Assembly: GCA_049320885.1 (NCBI GenBank)
Contig: JBMORA010000012.1
Coordinates: 1-64,000, forward strand
Direction of reading: 5' to 3'
Length of the DNA stretch: 64,000 bases
Source: Thermodesulfobacteriota bacterium
GTDB lineage: Bacteria > Desulfobacterota > Desulfobacteria > Desulfobacterales > SURF-7
In this document: in pieces, positions 27,110-37,265 of the stretch
Layout: every line of letters starts with the position of its first letter
Numbering within the stretch: the stretch's first letter is position 1
Notes under the pieces: model-generated
Databases searched by the model: none
What the model was told of the DNA's origin: nothing
What the model saw: only the letters and a program-made list of their open reading frames with translations
Translations under genes and position numbers: made by a program

Positions 27110-29479
27110 ATGGATATTTTACAGTCAAGCAAGAAACTGCGATCCCATATTGATTCCGGAAGACTGTTTCTGCTGCTTCTGTTGACGGGTGTGACCGCGG
27201 CCCTCATCCTGATCCTGTTCCCGGCCATGAGCACCACCCGATACAGCTATCAAATCGGCGATGTGGCCCAGCGCGACATCAAAGCCAACACCGATTTTTT
27301 CATCGAGGACCTGGAAGCCACGGAAGCGAATCGTCAGCAGGCGGCGGAAGCGGTTCTGGTTGTCTATGATCACGATACGACCCTCATCGGCAATACCCTG
27401 CAGCGGTTGAGCAATTCCTTTTCAGCCCTGCGGGCCGTCATGGAGCCGGCAAGTCCCGACGAGTCGGGGATGGAAACCGTCGGCGCCCATGCCCGGGTGA
27501 TGCAGGCAAAGGGGCTGTTTGAGGAAAAACTCGGATTTGAAATCAGCGACGCCTCCTATCGGCTGCTGGGAAACGACTCGTTTTCAAAGGAGACCGAAAC
27601 CCTTATCGGTGAAATTGTCGGCAAAATATTGGCCAATGGCGTTGTGGCCAATAAGGAAGTCCTGTTGCAGGAGCTGGACAAGGGAATCAACCTGCGGAAT
27701 CTGGAAACCGGAGAAGAACGGTTGGTTCAATCCCTGAAGCCGTTCTACGGTCCGGATCAGGCCAGGGCCATGGTCCGGGTCATCGGCCAGCCGCTGATGG
27801 AACAAACCAATCCCCAGATCAAGAACGTGGTGGTGGAGATCGCCCAGCGCCTGGTGCTGCCGAACATAACCTTGAACCTGAACGAGACCAAGGAGCGCAG
27901 GAAAAAGGCCGCCCTGGATATCAAACCGTTCCTCTATCAGATTAAAAAAGGGGAAATGATCCTACGGGAGGGGGAACGGGTGACGGAATTTCAGCTTCGC
28001 AAACTTTCGGCCATGCAGGCCCATGCTCCCGAAGAGAGCATCATCACCAGCCGGCTGGGAACCGCTCTGATTTTCATCTGCATCCTCATCGTCGGTTATG
28101 TGCTGTTCCTGCGGCAGCATCCGGTTTTCAAGCAGGATCGCAACAAAAATCTGTTGTTTTTATCCAGCGTATTGATCATTTTTTTGCTGGTGACCCGGAT
28201 TTCCGCATCCCTGGCCGAAGGTCTGGCTCCCAGCGCCCCGTTTTCCATTCAGGAAACGTCCATGTACTGCGCCATCCCCTTGTCGGCCGCCGCCATGACC
28301 GTCGCGCTGTTCATGGGGATCAACCTGGCCTTGCCGTTCTCCATGATCATTGCCATTTGCGCCACGGTGATCTTCAACAACCGTTTCGAGTTGTTTCTTT
28401 ATTTTTTGTTGAGCAGCGCCATGGGGGCCCACTGGATGCGCCACTGCCGGGAACGGGTAGTATTTATCAAGGCCGGATTGAAACTCGGCTTGATCAATGT
28501 GCTTTTCATTTCCGTGGTCAATGTTTACATGGCCGATTTTTCGGCGATCAAATTTCTGTGGGACTGGATTTTCGCCTTTCTCGGCGGGCTGGTTTCCGGG
28601 ATTGTGACGGCGGGCATTGCGCCCCTGGTGGAAAGCGCCTTCAAATACACGACGGATATCAAACTGCTCGAACTGGTCAACCTGGACCGGCCGATTTTGA
28701 GAAGCATGATGATCGAGGCTTCCGGGACCTATCACCACTCGGTGATTGTCGGTTCCATGGTGGAGGCGGCGGCGGCGGATATCGGCGCCAATCCGCTGCT
28801 GGCCAGGGCCTGCGGGTATTATCATGATATCGGTAAAATCAGGAAACCGCTGTATTTTATAGAGAACCAGGCCAACGGCCGGAACAAGCACGACAAGTTG
28901 GCGCCTTCCATGTCCAGCCTGATCCTGATTTCGCATATCAAGGACGGAGTGGAAATCGCCAAGGAAAACAAACTGGGCCAGGCGATTATCGACACCATCC
29001 GGCAGCATCACGGCACCAGCCTGATCAGTTATTTCTATGAAAAAGCGAAACAGATCAAGGGCGAGGATGTCGTCAACATCGACGATTTCCGCTATCCGGG
29101 ACCCAAACCCCAGACCCGGGAGGCAGGCCTGGTGATGCTGGCGGATGTCATCGAGGCTGCCTCCAGAACATTGGAAAATCCGACCCATTCCAGAATTCAG
29201 GGGCAGGTTCAGAAGCTGGTGAACAAGATTTTTTCCGAAGGGCAGCTGGACGACTGCGAACTGACCCTGCGCGACCTCCACAACATAGCGAAAAGCTTCA
29301 TCACCATTCTGGACGGGATCTACCACAACCGGATCGAATATCCGGAAAGCCAGCCAAGCATAGCGGGAAAGGGGAAAAATGGGCATTCTGATCGACAACC
29401 GGCAAAGCCGGGTGATGATGGCGGAGGAGAAGGTCCTGCTCAAAGCGCAAGCCATCTTAAGCGTCTTGGACAATCGTGA
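27110..29479 (+). CDS. 7TM-HD phosphohydrolase (PgpH-like)
   Basis: Large extracytoplasmic domain, seven TMs, GTYHHS, YYHDIGK, QHHGT, FRYPGPKP. Confidence 0.92.
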   Translation: MDILQSSKKLRSHIDSGRLFLLLLLTGVTAALILILFPAMSTTRYSYQIGDVAQRDIKANTDFFIEDLEATEANRQQAAEAVLVVYDHDTTLIGNTLQRLSNSFSALRAVMEPASPDESGMETVGAHARVMQAKGLFEEKLGFEISDASYRLLGNDSFSKETETLIGEIVGKILANGVVANKEVLLQELDKGINLRNLETGEERLVQSLKPFYGPDQARAMVRVIGQPLMEQTNPQIKNVVVEIAQRLVLPNITLNLNETKERRKKAALDIKPFLYQIKKGEMILREGERVTEFQLRKLSAMQAHAPEESIITSRLGTALIFICILIVGYVLFLRQHPVFKQDRNKNLLFLSSVLIIFLLVTRISASLAEGLAPSAPFSIQETSMYCAIPLSAAAMTVALFMGINLALPFSMIIAICATVIFNNRFELFLYFLLSSAMGAHWMRHCRERVVFIKAGLKLGLINVLFISVVNVYMADFSAIKFLWDWIFAFLGGLVSGIVTAGIAPLVESAFKYTTDIKLLELVNLDRPILRSMMIEASGTYHHSVIVGSMVEAAAADIGANPLLARACGYYHDIGKIRKPLYFIENQANGRNKHDKLAPSMSSLILISHIKDGVEIAKENKLGQAIIDTIRQHHGTSLISYFYEKAKQIKGEDVVNIDDFRYPGPKPQTREAGLVMLADVIEAASRTLENPTHSRIQGQVQKLVNKIFSEGQLDDCELTLRDLHNIAKSFITILDGIYHNRIEYPESQPSIAGKGKNGHSDRQPAKPGDDGGGEGPAQSASHLKRLGQS

Positions 29480-29819
29480 TGCGGAGCTTTCCATTGTGAT
29501 TGTGGACGACGAAGAGATGGCGGCCCTGAACCTTCAATTCCTCGGCCGCCAGGGACCGACCAATGTCATCGCCTTTCCCATGCAGGAAGGGGAATTTTCC
29601 CATATCAATCCCGGTTTGTTGGGGGATGTGGTGATTTCCGCCGATACGACGGAAAGGGAAGGGGCGGCGGACGGCATGGGATTCAACGCTCGTTTCGATC
29701 AATTGCTGGTTCACGGGATTCTGCATCTGCTTGGCTACGATCATGAAAACAGCGAGGAGGAAGCGGAGCGCATGGAAGCGAAGAGTGAAGCGGTGCTGAA
29801 GGCGATCGCGGAAATCTGA
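29379..29819 (+). CDS. ybeY: rRNA maturation RNase YbeY
   Basis: PTNVIAFP, LGDVVIS, HGILHLLGYDH. Confidence 0.95.
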   Translation: MGILIDNRQSRVMMAEEKVLLKAQAILSVLDNRDAELSIVIVDDEEMAALNLQFLGRQGPTNVIAFPMQEGEFSHINPGLLGDVVISADTTEREGAADGMGFNARFDQLLVHGILHLLGYDHENSEEEAERMEAKSEAVLKAIAEI

Positions 29820-29855
29820 AATCATTTTGCCCCAGGACGGTACGGGAGGGAAATA

Positions 29856-30581
29856 ATGGCGGGACTGGCCGTAAACATCGATCATATTGCAACTATCCGG
29901 GAAGCTAGAAAAAGCGCCTATCCGGATCCGGTGGCGGCGGCGATATTGGCGGAACTTGCCGGCGCGAACGGAATCGTCGTCCACCTGCGGGAGGACCGCC
30001 GGCATATTCAGGACCGCGATGTCCGGTTGTTGCGCAGTGTGGTGCAAACCAAATTGATCCTGGAAATGGCTTCCACCGCGGAAATGGTGGGCATCGCCCT
30101 TGACATCAAGCCGGATATCGTGACTCTGGTTCCGGAAAAACGGGAGGAGTTGACCACGGAAGGCGGGCTGGATCTGATCATCCACAAGGACTCCGTTGCC
30201 GAAACCGTGGATACCCTGCAAAACAACGGCATTCCGGTCAGTCTTTTCATTGATCCCGATCCGGAACAGATCAAGCTGGCCCATCGCATCAACGCCAGCA
30301 TGGTGGAGCTTCACACCGGTCGGTTCTGTGAAACCAGGCTGCCGAACCTCAAGACCCAGGCGTTTGAGGAACTCAGAAACGCGGCGAGGTTCGCCAAAAA
30401 ACTGCGGCTTGGAATTCATGCCGGACATGGGTTGTGTTACAACACGATCCAGGCCTTCCGGGAGCTGGAAGAAATCGATGAATTCAGCATCGGTCACAGC
30501 ATTGTGGCAAGAGCCGCGCTGGTGGGGATGGAGCGGGCGGTGCAGGAAATGAAAGCACTGATCGACGCCTTTCCGTTCTGA
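29856..30581 (+). CDS. pdxJ: Pyridoxine 5'-phosphate synthase
   Basis: VNIDHIATIREAR, HLREDRRHI, TTEGGLD, HAGHGL. Confidence 0.98.
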   Translation: MAGLAVNIDHIATIREARKSAYPDPVAAAILAELAGANGIVVHLREDRRHIQDRDVRLLRSVVQTKLILEMASTAEMVGIALDIKPDIVTLVPEKREELTTEGGLDLIIHKDSVAETVDTLQNNGIPVSLFIDPDPEQIKLAHRINASMVELHTGRFCETRLPNLKTQAFEELRNAARFAKKLRLGIHAGHGLCYNTIQAFRELEEIDEFSIGHSIVARAALVGMERAVQEMKALIDAFPF

Positions 30582-30635
30582 AGGTAACAGGACCGGTGGC
30601 GGGGAAAACAAGAGCAGAAAAGGGTTTGTCGGATC

Positions 30636-32237
30636 ATGTATCTGGTAACTGCCGATGAAATGCAGGCCATGGACCGGATGACCATGGAGTCCTTCGGTCT
30701 TCCGGGCAGGCTTTTGATGGAGAATGCCGGTCGTGGAGCCGTCCGGATGCTGCTGGAATGGATGCCGGAGGCCCTTCAACAACGAATCGGTATCGTGGCC
30801 GGCCGGGGCAACAACGGCGGCGATGGATTCGTGATGGCGCGATATCTGGCCCAGCTTGGTGCGGACATAACGGTTTTCCTGCTGGCCGAAAAAGATCGGA
30901 TCGATGGCGACGCGGGCGCCAATCTGCGGTTGCTGGAAGCCCTCAGCGTGGAAGTACTGGAAGCACCTGATGGAAACCGTTTTCAAGATTGCCGGCGGAG
31001 GATGCAGGAATGCCGGGTCTGGGTGGACGCCATTCTGGGCACAGGTCTGCGTTCGGAAGTGAAAGGGCTGTATCATGCCGTGATTGACTTCCTGAACCGG
31101 ACGGAGCGGCCTGTTTTCAGCGTCGATATTCCGTCGGGCCTGAACGCGGATACCGGTCAGCCCCACGGCATCTGTATCCGGGCTGCGGCCACGGCCACGT
31201 TCGGGTTTGCCAAAACCGGGCATATGCTGTATCCGGGGGCGGACTGCACCGGCCGCCTGGGAATCGTCGATATTGGAATTCCGGATCATATCCGGGAAAG
31301 GATCAACCCGCGGCAGGTCCTGATCACGCCGGAGCTGCTCCGCGAGAGCTGGGTCCATCGGAAGCCCGACGCCCATAAAGGCGACACCGGCCATCTGCTG
31401 GTCGTCGCCGGCTCCACCGGAAAGACCGGCGCCGCGGCGCTTTGCTCCCTTTCGGCCATGCGCGCCGGCGCCGGGCTGGTGACCCTCGGCGTGCCGGAAA
31501 GCATCAACAGCCTGCTGGAACCGCAGGTACTGGAAATGATGACGGAGCCGTTGCCGGAAAAGGAGCCCGGCCATGTCGGGGAAGCGGCCTGCCGGCGGAT
31601 CCTGGAGCTGCTGGAAGGCAAAAAGGGCTTCGCCGTAGGTCCCGGGCTGGGGCGCGCGGAAACCACCAGGAAGATGTTGCAACGGATTCTGCCGGAGATT
31701 CGCGTTCCCATGGTGATCGATGCGGACGGGCTGACTCTTCTGGAAGGCGCCACGGATTTGTTGAAGCAAATCACGGCGCCGGTGATCCTGACGCCGCATC
31801 CGGGGGAAATGGCACGACTGACCGGTATGGGGACCCGTATGATTCAGCTCGATCGGGTTGCCTGCGCCAGGCGATTCGCCGAGGAATTCGGCGTCCTTCT
31901 GGTGCTGAAGGGCGCCGGGACCGTGGTCGCCGATCCGGCGGGAAAGGTGTATGTAAACCCCACCGGCAATTCCGGCATGGCCGCCGGCGGAATGGGCGAC
32001 GTGTTGACCGGTATCATTGCCGGATTGCTGGCCCAGGGCTTTGATCCCGTTGTTGCCGCGACAGCGGGAGTTTATCTGCACGGCGCCGCCGCGGATTTGA
32101 CGGCCGCAGCTGTCGGGGGGTATGGATATCAGGCCGGGCAGGTAGCCGATGCCTTGCCCCGGGCGGTTTCCCGGCTGCTCAACCGGAATGGGGACGGGGA
32201 AGGGACATGGCGCCTGCCCGAGCAACGGGGTCTGTGA
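30636..32237 (+). CDS. nnr: Bifunctional NAD(P)HX epimerase/dehydratase
   Basis: LMENAG, GNNGGDG, DIPSG, HKGDTG, DADG, TPHPGE, GGMGDVLTG. Confidence 0.95.
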   Translation: MYLVTADEMQAMDRMTMESFGLPGRLLMENAGRGAVRMLLEWMPEALQQRIGIVAGRGNNGGDGFVMARYLAQLGADITVFLLAEKDRIDGDAGANLRLLEALSVEVLEAPDGNRFQDCRRRMQECRVWVDAILGTGLRSEVKGLYHAVIDFLNRTERPVFSVDIPSGLNADTGQPHGICIRAAATATFGFAKTGHMLYPGADCTGRLGIVDIGIPDHIRERINPRQVLITPELLRESWVHRKPDAHKGDTGHLLVVAGSTGKTGAAALCSLSAMRAGAGLVTLGVPESINSLLEPQVLEMMTEPLPEKEPGHVGEAACRRILELLEGKKGFAVGPGLGRAETTRKMLQRILPEIRVPMVIDADGLTLLEGATDLLKQITAPVILTPHPGEMARLTGMGTRMIQLDRVACARRFAEEFGVLLVLKGAGTVVADPAGKVYVNPTGNSGMAAGGMGDVLTGIIAGLLAQGFDPVVAATAGVYLHGAAADLTAAAVGGYGYQAGQVADALPRAVSRLLNRNGDGEGTWRLPEQRGL

Positions 32238-32743
32238 TGACGGCCCTCCCATCCGATCCCAGGGGTCCCATGGGCAGTCTCCGCGTGCTCAGCGCCACGC
32301 CCGATGAAACCCGCAGCCTGGGATACCGGATGGGGCAACGACTGACAGGTGGAACCATCCTGGCCCTGGAAGGGGAACTGGGCAGCGGCAAAACGGTTTT
32401 CGTCCAGGGGCTGGCCAGCGGACTGGATGTCCCGGAATCGTATTATGTCGTCAGCCCCACCTATACGATTGTGAACGAATTTCCGGGAAGATTTCCCTTG
32501 GTGCACGTGGATCTCTACCGGATATCCGCGGCCGATGAAATGGATGCTATCGGCCTCGCAGACGCGTATACGGGCAGGGAAGTCGTTGCCGTGGAATGGG
32601 CCAACCGGCTTCCGGAAGGATATTGGCGAATTCATATCCGGGTGGTTTTCACCGTCACGGGGGATGACCTTCGCGAAATCAACTTGATTCCGTATGGACA
32701 GGCAGCGGCGGATCTGATAGGAGAAATCAAAAATTGCGTGTAA
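32237..32743 (+). CDS. tsaE: t6A biosynthesis ATPase TsaE
   Basis: GELGSGKT, SPTYTI, HVDLYR, VEWA. Confidence 0.95.
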   Translation: MTALPSDPRGPMGSLRVLSATPDETRSLGYRMGQRLTGGTILALEGELGSGKTVFVQGLASGLDVPESYYVVSPTYTIVNEFPGRFPLVHVDLYRISAADEMDAIGLADAYTGREVVAVEWANRLPEGYWRIHIRVVFTVTGDDLREINLIPYGQAAADLIGEIKNCV

Positions 32744-32752
32744 GGAGCGGAT

Positions 32753-33976
32753 ATGGGATTATATGTACAGAAATTCGGCGGCACATCGGTGGCCAATGTT
32801 AAACGAATTCGAAATGTTGCATCGCGAGTGGCCCGGACTTACGATCAGGGGAACGACGTCGTCGTAGTGCTGTCGGCCATGGCCGGCGTCACGGACGGGC
32901 TGCTCGAGCTGGCCGGCTCGGCCTCCTCCAACCCGGACAGGCGCGAACTGGACGTGCTGCTCGCGACGGGTGAGCAGACAACCGTGGCGCTTTTGGCGAT
33001 GATGCTGCGGGATATGAATTATCCGGCCACGTCCCTGCTGGGATTTCAAGCCGACATTCTGACCAACGATCAGGCCTGCAATGCAAGGATCGTCAGCATC
33101 GGAGCGGATCGCATCCGCGCTCTGCTGGAAAAACGGCATATTGTCGTGATCGCCGGATTTCAAGGCTACGACCCGAACGGCAATATCACCACCCTGGGCC
33201 GGGGCGGATCCGACACTTCCGCCGTGGCCGTGGCTGCGGCCATCAAAGCCGACGCTTGTGAAATTTATACGGATGTGGACGGCATTTACACCACCGATCC
33301 GAATGTCTGTGACAAGGCCAGGAAAATCAAACGGATCTCGTACGACGAAATGCTGGAACTCGCCAGCCTGGGGGCCAAGGTGTTGCAGATCCGGTCGGTG
33401 GAATTCGCGAAAAAATACAATGTTCCGGTGCATGTCAGATCATCTTTCAGCGAGGAGGAAGGGACTATGGTGGTTCAGGAAGATATGGATATGGAGCGCC
33501 TTGTGGTTTCCGGCGTCACCTGTAATAAAAACGAATCCCGGATTACGTTGAAAAAGGTTCCAGACCAGCCCGGGACGGCGGCAAAAATTTTTACGCCCCT
33601 GGCCGACGCCAATATCCAGGTCGATATGATCATCCAGAACTTCCGCGCCGGTGGTGAAACGGATGTGAGTTTCACCGTGCCCAGGGGCAGCTTCAAACAG
33701 GCCCTGGAAATCTCGAAAAAAACGGCGGAAGCGATCAACGCGACCGAGGTCCTGACCGCCGAGAACATCGCCAAAGTGTCGGTGGTGGGCGTAGGCATGA
33801 GAAACCATTCCGGCGTCGCCGCCAGGATGTTCAGCGCCCTTGCGGCGGAGAACATCAATATCCGGCTCATCAGTACATCGGAAATCCGGATTTCTTGCGT
33901 CATCGAGGAAAAATATGCCGAACTGGCGGTGCGGGTGCTGCACAGCGCCTTCGGTCTGGACAAGGATCCGGTTTAG
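32753..33976 (+). CDS. lysC: Aspartate kinase
   Basis: [25 protein letters not shown], two ACT domains. Confidence 0.97.
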   Translation: MGLYVQKFGGTSVANVKRIRNVASRVARTYDQGNDVVVVLSAMAGVTDGLLELAGSASSNPDRRELDVLLATGEQTTVALLAMMLRDMNYPATSLLGFQADILTNDQACNARIVSIGADRIRALLEKRHIVVIAGFQGYDPNGNITTLGRGGSDTSAVAVAAAIKADACEIYTDVDGIYTTDPNVCDKARKIKRISYDEMLELASLGAKVLQIRSVEFAKKYNVPVHVRSSFSEEEGTMVVQEDMDMERLVVSGVTCNKNESRITLKKVPDQPGTAAKIFTPLADANIQVDMIIQNFRAGGETDVSFTVPRGSFKQALEISKKTAEAINATEVLTAENIAKVSVVGVGMRNHSGVAARMFSALAAENINIRLISTSEIRISCVIEEKYAELAVRVLHSAFGLDKDPV

Positions 33977-34015
33977 CGTCAGCACCGGCGCACCCCTCAT
34001 GGAAACGACAAGAAG

Positions 34016-34111
34016 ATGAAGGCCTTCGATCCGGATCAATTGACCGTTGCCGTCCTGATCGGACTCCTCATCTTCTTTCTCTATCTGGCACGACTGGTTA
34101 CCGCACTATGA
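34016..34111 (+). CDS. Small single-TM protein (31 aa)
   Basis: MKAFDPDQLTVAVLIGLLIFFLYLARLVTAL; fills the lysC-mlaE gap; below the ORF-track cutoff. Confidence 0.55.
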   Translation: MKAFDPDQLTVAVLIGLLIFFLYLARLVTAL

Positions 34112-34127
34112 ACAAGACGAAATCCAT

Positions 34128-34931
34128 ATGGCCAGAATAGGCGCCCTCATCGATATGCTCTCCGCCCTGGGCGGCCCCCCGTTGGCCCGGCTCCAGGAAA
34201 TGGGACGCATGGCCGTTTTTTTTTTCAACGGACTGTTTCTGGTTTTCAGTTATCCGTTCCAGCTGCGTAAATTCGTCCAGCAGGTGTATTTCATCGGCGC
34301 CAAATCCGTCGTCGTGGTGGCCCTCACCGGAGCGTTTACCGGAATGGTGCTCGGGCTTCAGGGATATTACACCCTGGTTAAATTCGGCTCCGAGGGCTTG
34401 CTTGGCGCCGCCGTGGCCCTGTCCCTGATCCGTGAACTCGGGCCGGTATTGACCGCCATCATGATCATCGGCCGGGCCGGATCGGCCATAGCGGCCGAAC
34501 TCGGAATGATGAGGGTTTCCGAACAAATCGACGCCCTGGCCACCATGGACGTCAACCCGATCCGGTTCTTGATCAGTCCCAAACTGGCTGCCGCCGCCAT
34601 CAGTTTCCCGTTGCTGACCGCCATCTTCGACGTTGTGGGAATTTACGGGGGATACCTCACCGGTTCGATGCTGCTGGGCATCAGTCCGGGCGCCTATTTC
34701 GCCAGGATCGAATCGAGTGTTTCCATGACGGACATCAACGGCGGTTTCATCAAATCCATTGTTTTCGCCGCGGTGGTGATGGCGGTCTGCTGTTACCGGG
34801 GTTATTTCGTCCATACCAGAAAGGAAGGCTTCGGCGCCAAGGGGGTCAGTCTGACGACGACCTCCGCGGTGGTGATGTCCAGCGTGCTTGTTCTGGTGGC
34901 GGATTATGTATTAACATCCTTTTTATTGTGA
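34128..34931 (+). CDS. mlaE: Mla ABC permease MlaE
   Basis: RELGPVLTA, GRAGSAIAAELG.MRVSEQIDAL. Confidence 0.95.
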   Translation: MARIGALIDMLSALGGPPLARLQEMGRMAVFFFNGLFLVFSYPFQLRKFVQQVYFIGAKSVVVVALTGAFTGMVLGLQGYYTLVKFGSEGLLGAAVALSLIRELGPVLTAIMIIGRAGSAIAAELGMMRVSEQIDALATMDVNPIRFLISPKLAAAAISFPLLTAIFDVVGIYGGYLTGSMLLGISPGAYFARIESSVSMTDINGGFIKSIVFAAVVMAVCCYRGYFVHTRKEGFGAKGVSLTTTSAVVMSSVLVLVADYVLTSFLL

Positions 34932-34935
34932 CGTC

Positions 34936-36147
34936 ATGAACCAGTCGCTCATTCAATTCGATGGGGTCGTCAAGTCCTTCGGGGATAATACGGTGTTGAA
35001 AGGCGTGAGTCTGTCGATACCCCGGGGAGCCATCACCGCCGTTATCGGAAAAAGCGGAACGGGGAAAAGCGTCCTGCTGAAGCACATGATCGGACTCATC
35101 CGGCCGGACAAGGGACAGGTGCTGTTCCAGGGGAAATCCATCCTGAAATTGAAGGGGGCTGAAAAAAGGGCTTTCAAAAGTAAAATCAGCTATATGTTTC
35201 AAGGTTCGGCCCTGTTCGACTCCATGACGGTTTATGAAAACATCGCGCTGCCGCTTCTGGAGCGAACGCGGCTGCAAAAAGAGGACGTACGCCGCAAGGT
35301 CAGGGAAAAAATGGATCAACTGGAACTGTTCAATGTGGATCAGCAGTATCCATCCCAGATTTCGGGTGGCATGAAGAAAAGAGTCGCCCTTGCCCGGGCC
35401 CTGGTGACCGATCCGGAAATCATTCTGTTTGACGAACCCACCACGGGTCTCGACCCCATTCGCAAACACGCCGTTCACAGCATGATATCGGATTACCAGA
35501 AGCGTTTCGGTTTCACCGGGGTAGTGGTCAGCCATGAAATTCCGGATGTATTCCATATTTCCCAGCGGATCATCATGCTGGATGAAGGCGCGATCATTTT
35601 CGAAGGTCAGCCGGACCTTCTTCAGGAATCGAACGATCCGGTGATCCGTGATTTTCTGCGCGGCAACGAAAGCCGTATGGTCGATAACAGCGGGATGGCG
35701 CCTCAGCCGGTGGGGGAAAAGCGTTTCCGGGAGGAGATAGCCCGGATGCTGCGTTTCCGGATGCCGTTCTCCGTCATACTGTTGACCATCACCAACATGG
35801 ATGAGATCAATTCCAGGATCGGCCATATGGCGACCCAGGCCGTCATGAAGGATTTCGCCGGAAAAGTCCAGAAGCACCTTCGAATCATCGACACCTGTTT
35901 CCGCTGCGGTTTGAACCGGATGATGATCATTCTTACCTGCAGTATGTTGGAACAGGCCCGGAACGCCTGTGCGCGGTTGTCCCATGAACTGAGCCGGGCG
36001 GAGATCATCGAGCTGATGCCGTATCCGGAATTCTGTTTTCGAATCACGGCCGGATTCCTGGAAATCCGGGAAGAGTGTCGTTTGGAAGATATTCTATCCA
36101 GCGCGGATTCATGGCAGAACATGCGTTATGAATTCCGGATCTGCTGA
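34936..36147 (+). CDS. mlaF: MlaF ABC ATPase with C-terminal degenerate GGDEF-like domain
   Basis: GKSGTGKS, FQGSALFDS, ISGGMKKRVALARAL, DEPTTGLDP; about 155 extra C-terminal residues. Confidence 0.9.
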   Translation: MNQSLIQFDGVVKSFGDNTVLKGVSLSIPRGAITAVIGKSGTGKSVLLKHMIGLIRPDKGQVLFQGKSILKLKGAEKRAFKSKISYMFQGSALFDSMTVYENIALPLLERTRLQKEDVRRKVREKMDQLELFNVDQQYPSQISGGMKKRVALARALVTDPEIILFDEPTTGLDPIRKHAVHSMISDYQKRFGFTGVVVSHEIPDVFHISQRIIMLDEGAIIFEGQPDLLQESNDPVIRDFLRGNESRMVDNSGMAPQPVGEKRFREEIARMLRFRMPFSVILLTITNMDEINSRIGHMATQAVMKDFAGKVQKHLRIIDTCFRCGLNRMMIILTCSMLEQARNACARLSHELSRAEIIELMPYPEFCFRITAGFLEIREECRLEDILSSADSWQNMRYEFRIC

Positions 36148-36162
36148 ATATAGGGAGGTGCT

Positions 36163-36609
36163 ATGAAGCGCGTAACCATGGAGACGATCACAGGCGCGTT
36201 TGTGCTGGTGGGTATCATCTGTATCGGTTATTTGACGATCCGATACGGGAAAATGGAAATCGTGGGTGAGAATACCTATGAAATCATCGGACGCTTTGAG
36301 TCGGTGACCGGACTGAAAACCGGAGCCAGTATCGAACTGGCCGGGGTGCAGGTCGGCCAAGTGAGCAGGATCAGACTGGATGAGGAGCAGCAACGAGCCC
36401 TGGTGACCATGAAAATTCAGAAAGATCTGGTGTTGACCGATGACGTGATCGCCTCCATCAAGACGGCCGGACTCATCGGGGACAAATACATCAAGCTCTC
36501 GCCGGGCGGCTCCGATGAATTGCTGAAACCGGGTGACATGATCACCGAAACGGAATCGGCGCTGGACCTGGAGGAGTTGATCAGCAAATACGTTTTCGGC
36601 AAGCTCTGA
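36163..36609 (+). CDS. mlaD: MCE protein MlaD
   Basis: N-terminal TM; FESVTGLK.GA, AGVQVG, IKTAGLIGDKYI.LSPGG. Confidence 0.95.
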   Translation: MKRVTMETITGAFVLVGIICIGYLTIRYGKMEIVGENTYEIIGRFESVTGLKTGASIELAGVQVGQVSRIRLDEEQQRALVTMKIQKDLVLTDDVIASIKTAGLIGDKYIKLSPGGSDELLKPGDMITETESALDLEELISKYVFGKL

Positions 36610-37265
36610 TGCAGATAAAGGAGAGAACTATGAAGCAATGGATGAGAGCCGTAGCGACGGCCGTATTCATACTGGGGATGGCCTGGAATGCCGCCTGGTC
36701 GGCGACTCCCGCCGAACCCATGGCGGCATTGAAGATTCCCGTTGATGAAGTCATTTCCCTCTTGAAGGATCCGCAATGGAAGGAACCCGGCAGGGAAGTC
36801 GCTCAGCGGGAAAAAATCATGACGGTGGTCGGAACTATTTTTGATTTCACGGAAGTGTCCAAGCGGACGCTGGCGCAAAATTGGAAGCGGTTCAATCCGC
36901 AGCAGCGGAAAGAGTTCACCGAGGTTTTCGGCGATTTCCTTGGGTTCACTTATTATAAGAAAGTGCGGGACTCCTACCAGGGCGAAACCGTCGTCTATCT
37001 CGCCCAGGAGATGAACGGTTCGGACAAAGCCGTGGTCAAGACGAAGATACCGCGACCGGCCGGTGACATCCCGCTGGATTACCGCATGCTGAAACGCCGG
37101 GAGAACTGGCGGGTGTATGATGTCGTGATTGAGGGCGTCAGCCTGGTGCAGAACTACCGCACCCAGTTTAAAAAGATCCTGGACAAGGAAACCCCCGATC
37201 AGTTGATCGCGAAATTGAAGGAAAAAACGGCGCAACAGAAAAATGATTCTGAAAAAGAGCCGTGA
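36609..37265 (+). CDS. mlaC: Periplasmic lipid shuttle MlaC
   Basis: FDFTEVSKRTL, WRVYDVVIEGVSLVQNYRTQF; start may be 36630. Confidence 0.93.
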   Translation: MQIKERTMKQWMRAVATAVFILGMAWNAAWSATPAEPMAALKIPVDEVISLLKDPQWKEPGREVAQREKIMTVVGTIFDFTEVSKRTLAQNWKRFNPQQRKEFTEVFGDFLGFTYYKKVRDSYQGETVVYLAQEMNGSDKAVVKTKIPRPAGDIPLDYRMLKRRENWRVYDVVIEGVSLVQNYRTQFKKILDKETPDQLIAKLKEKTAQQKNDSEKEP

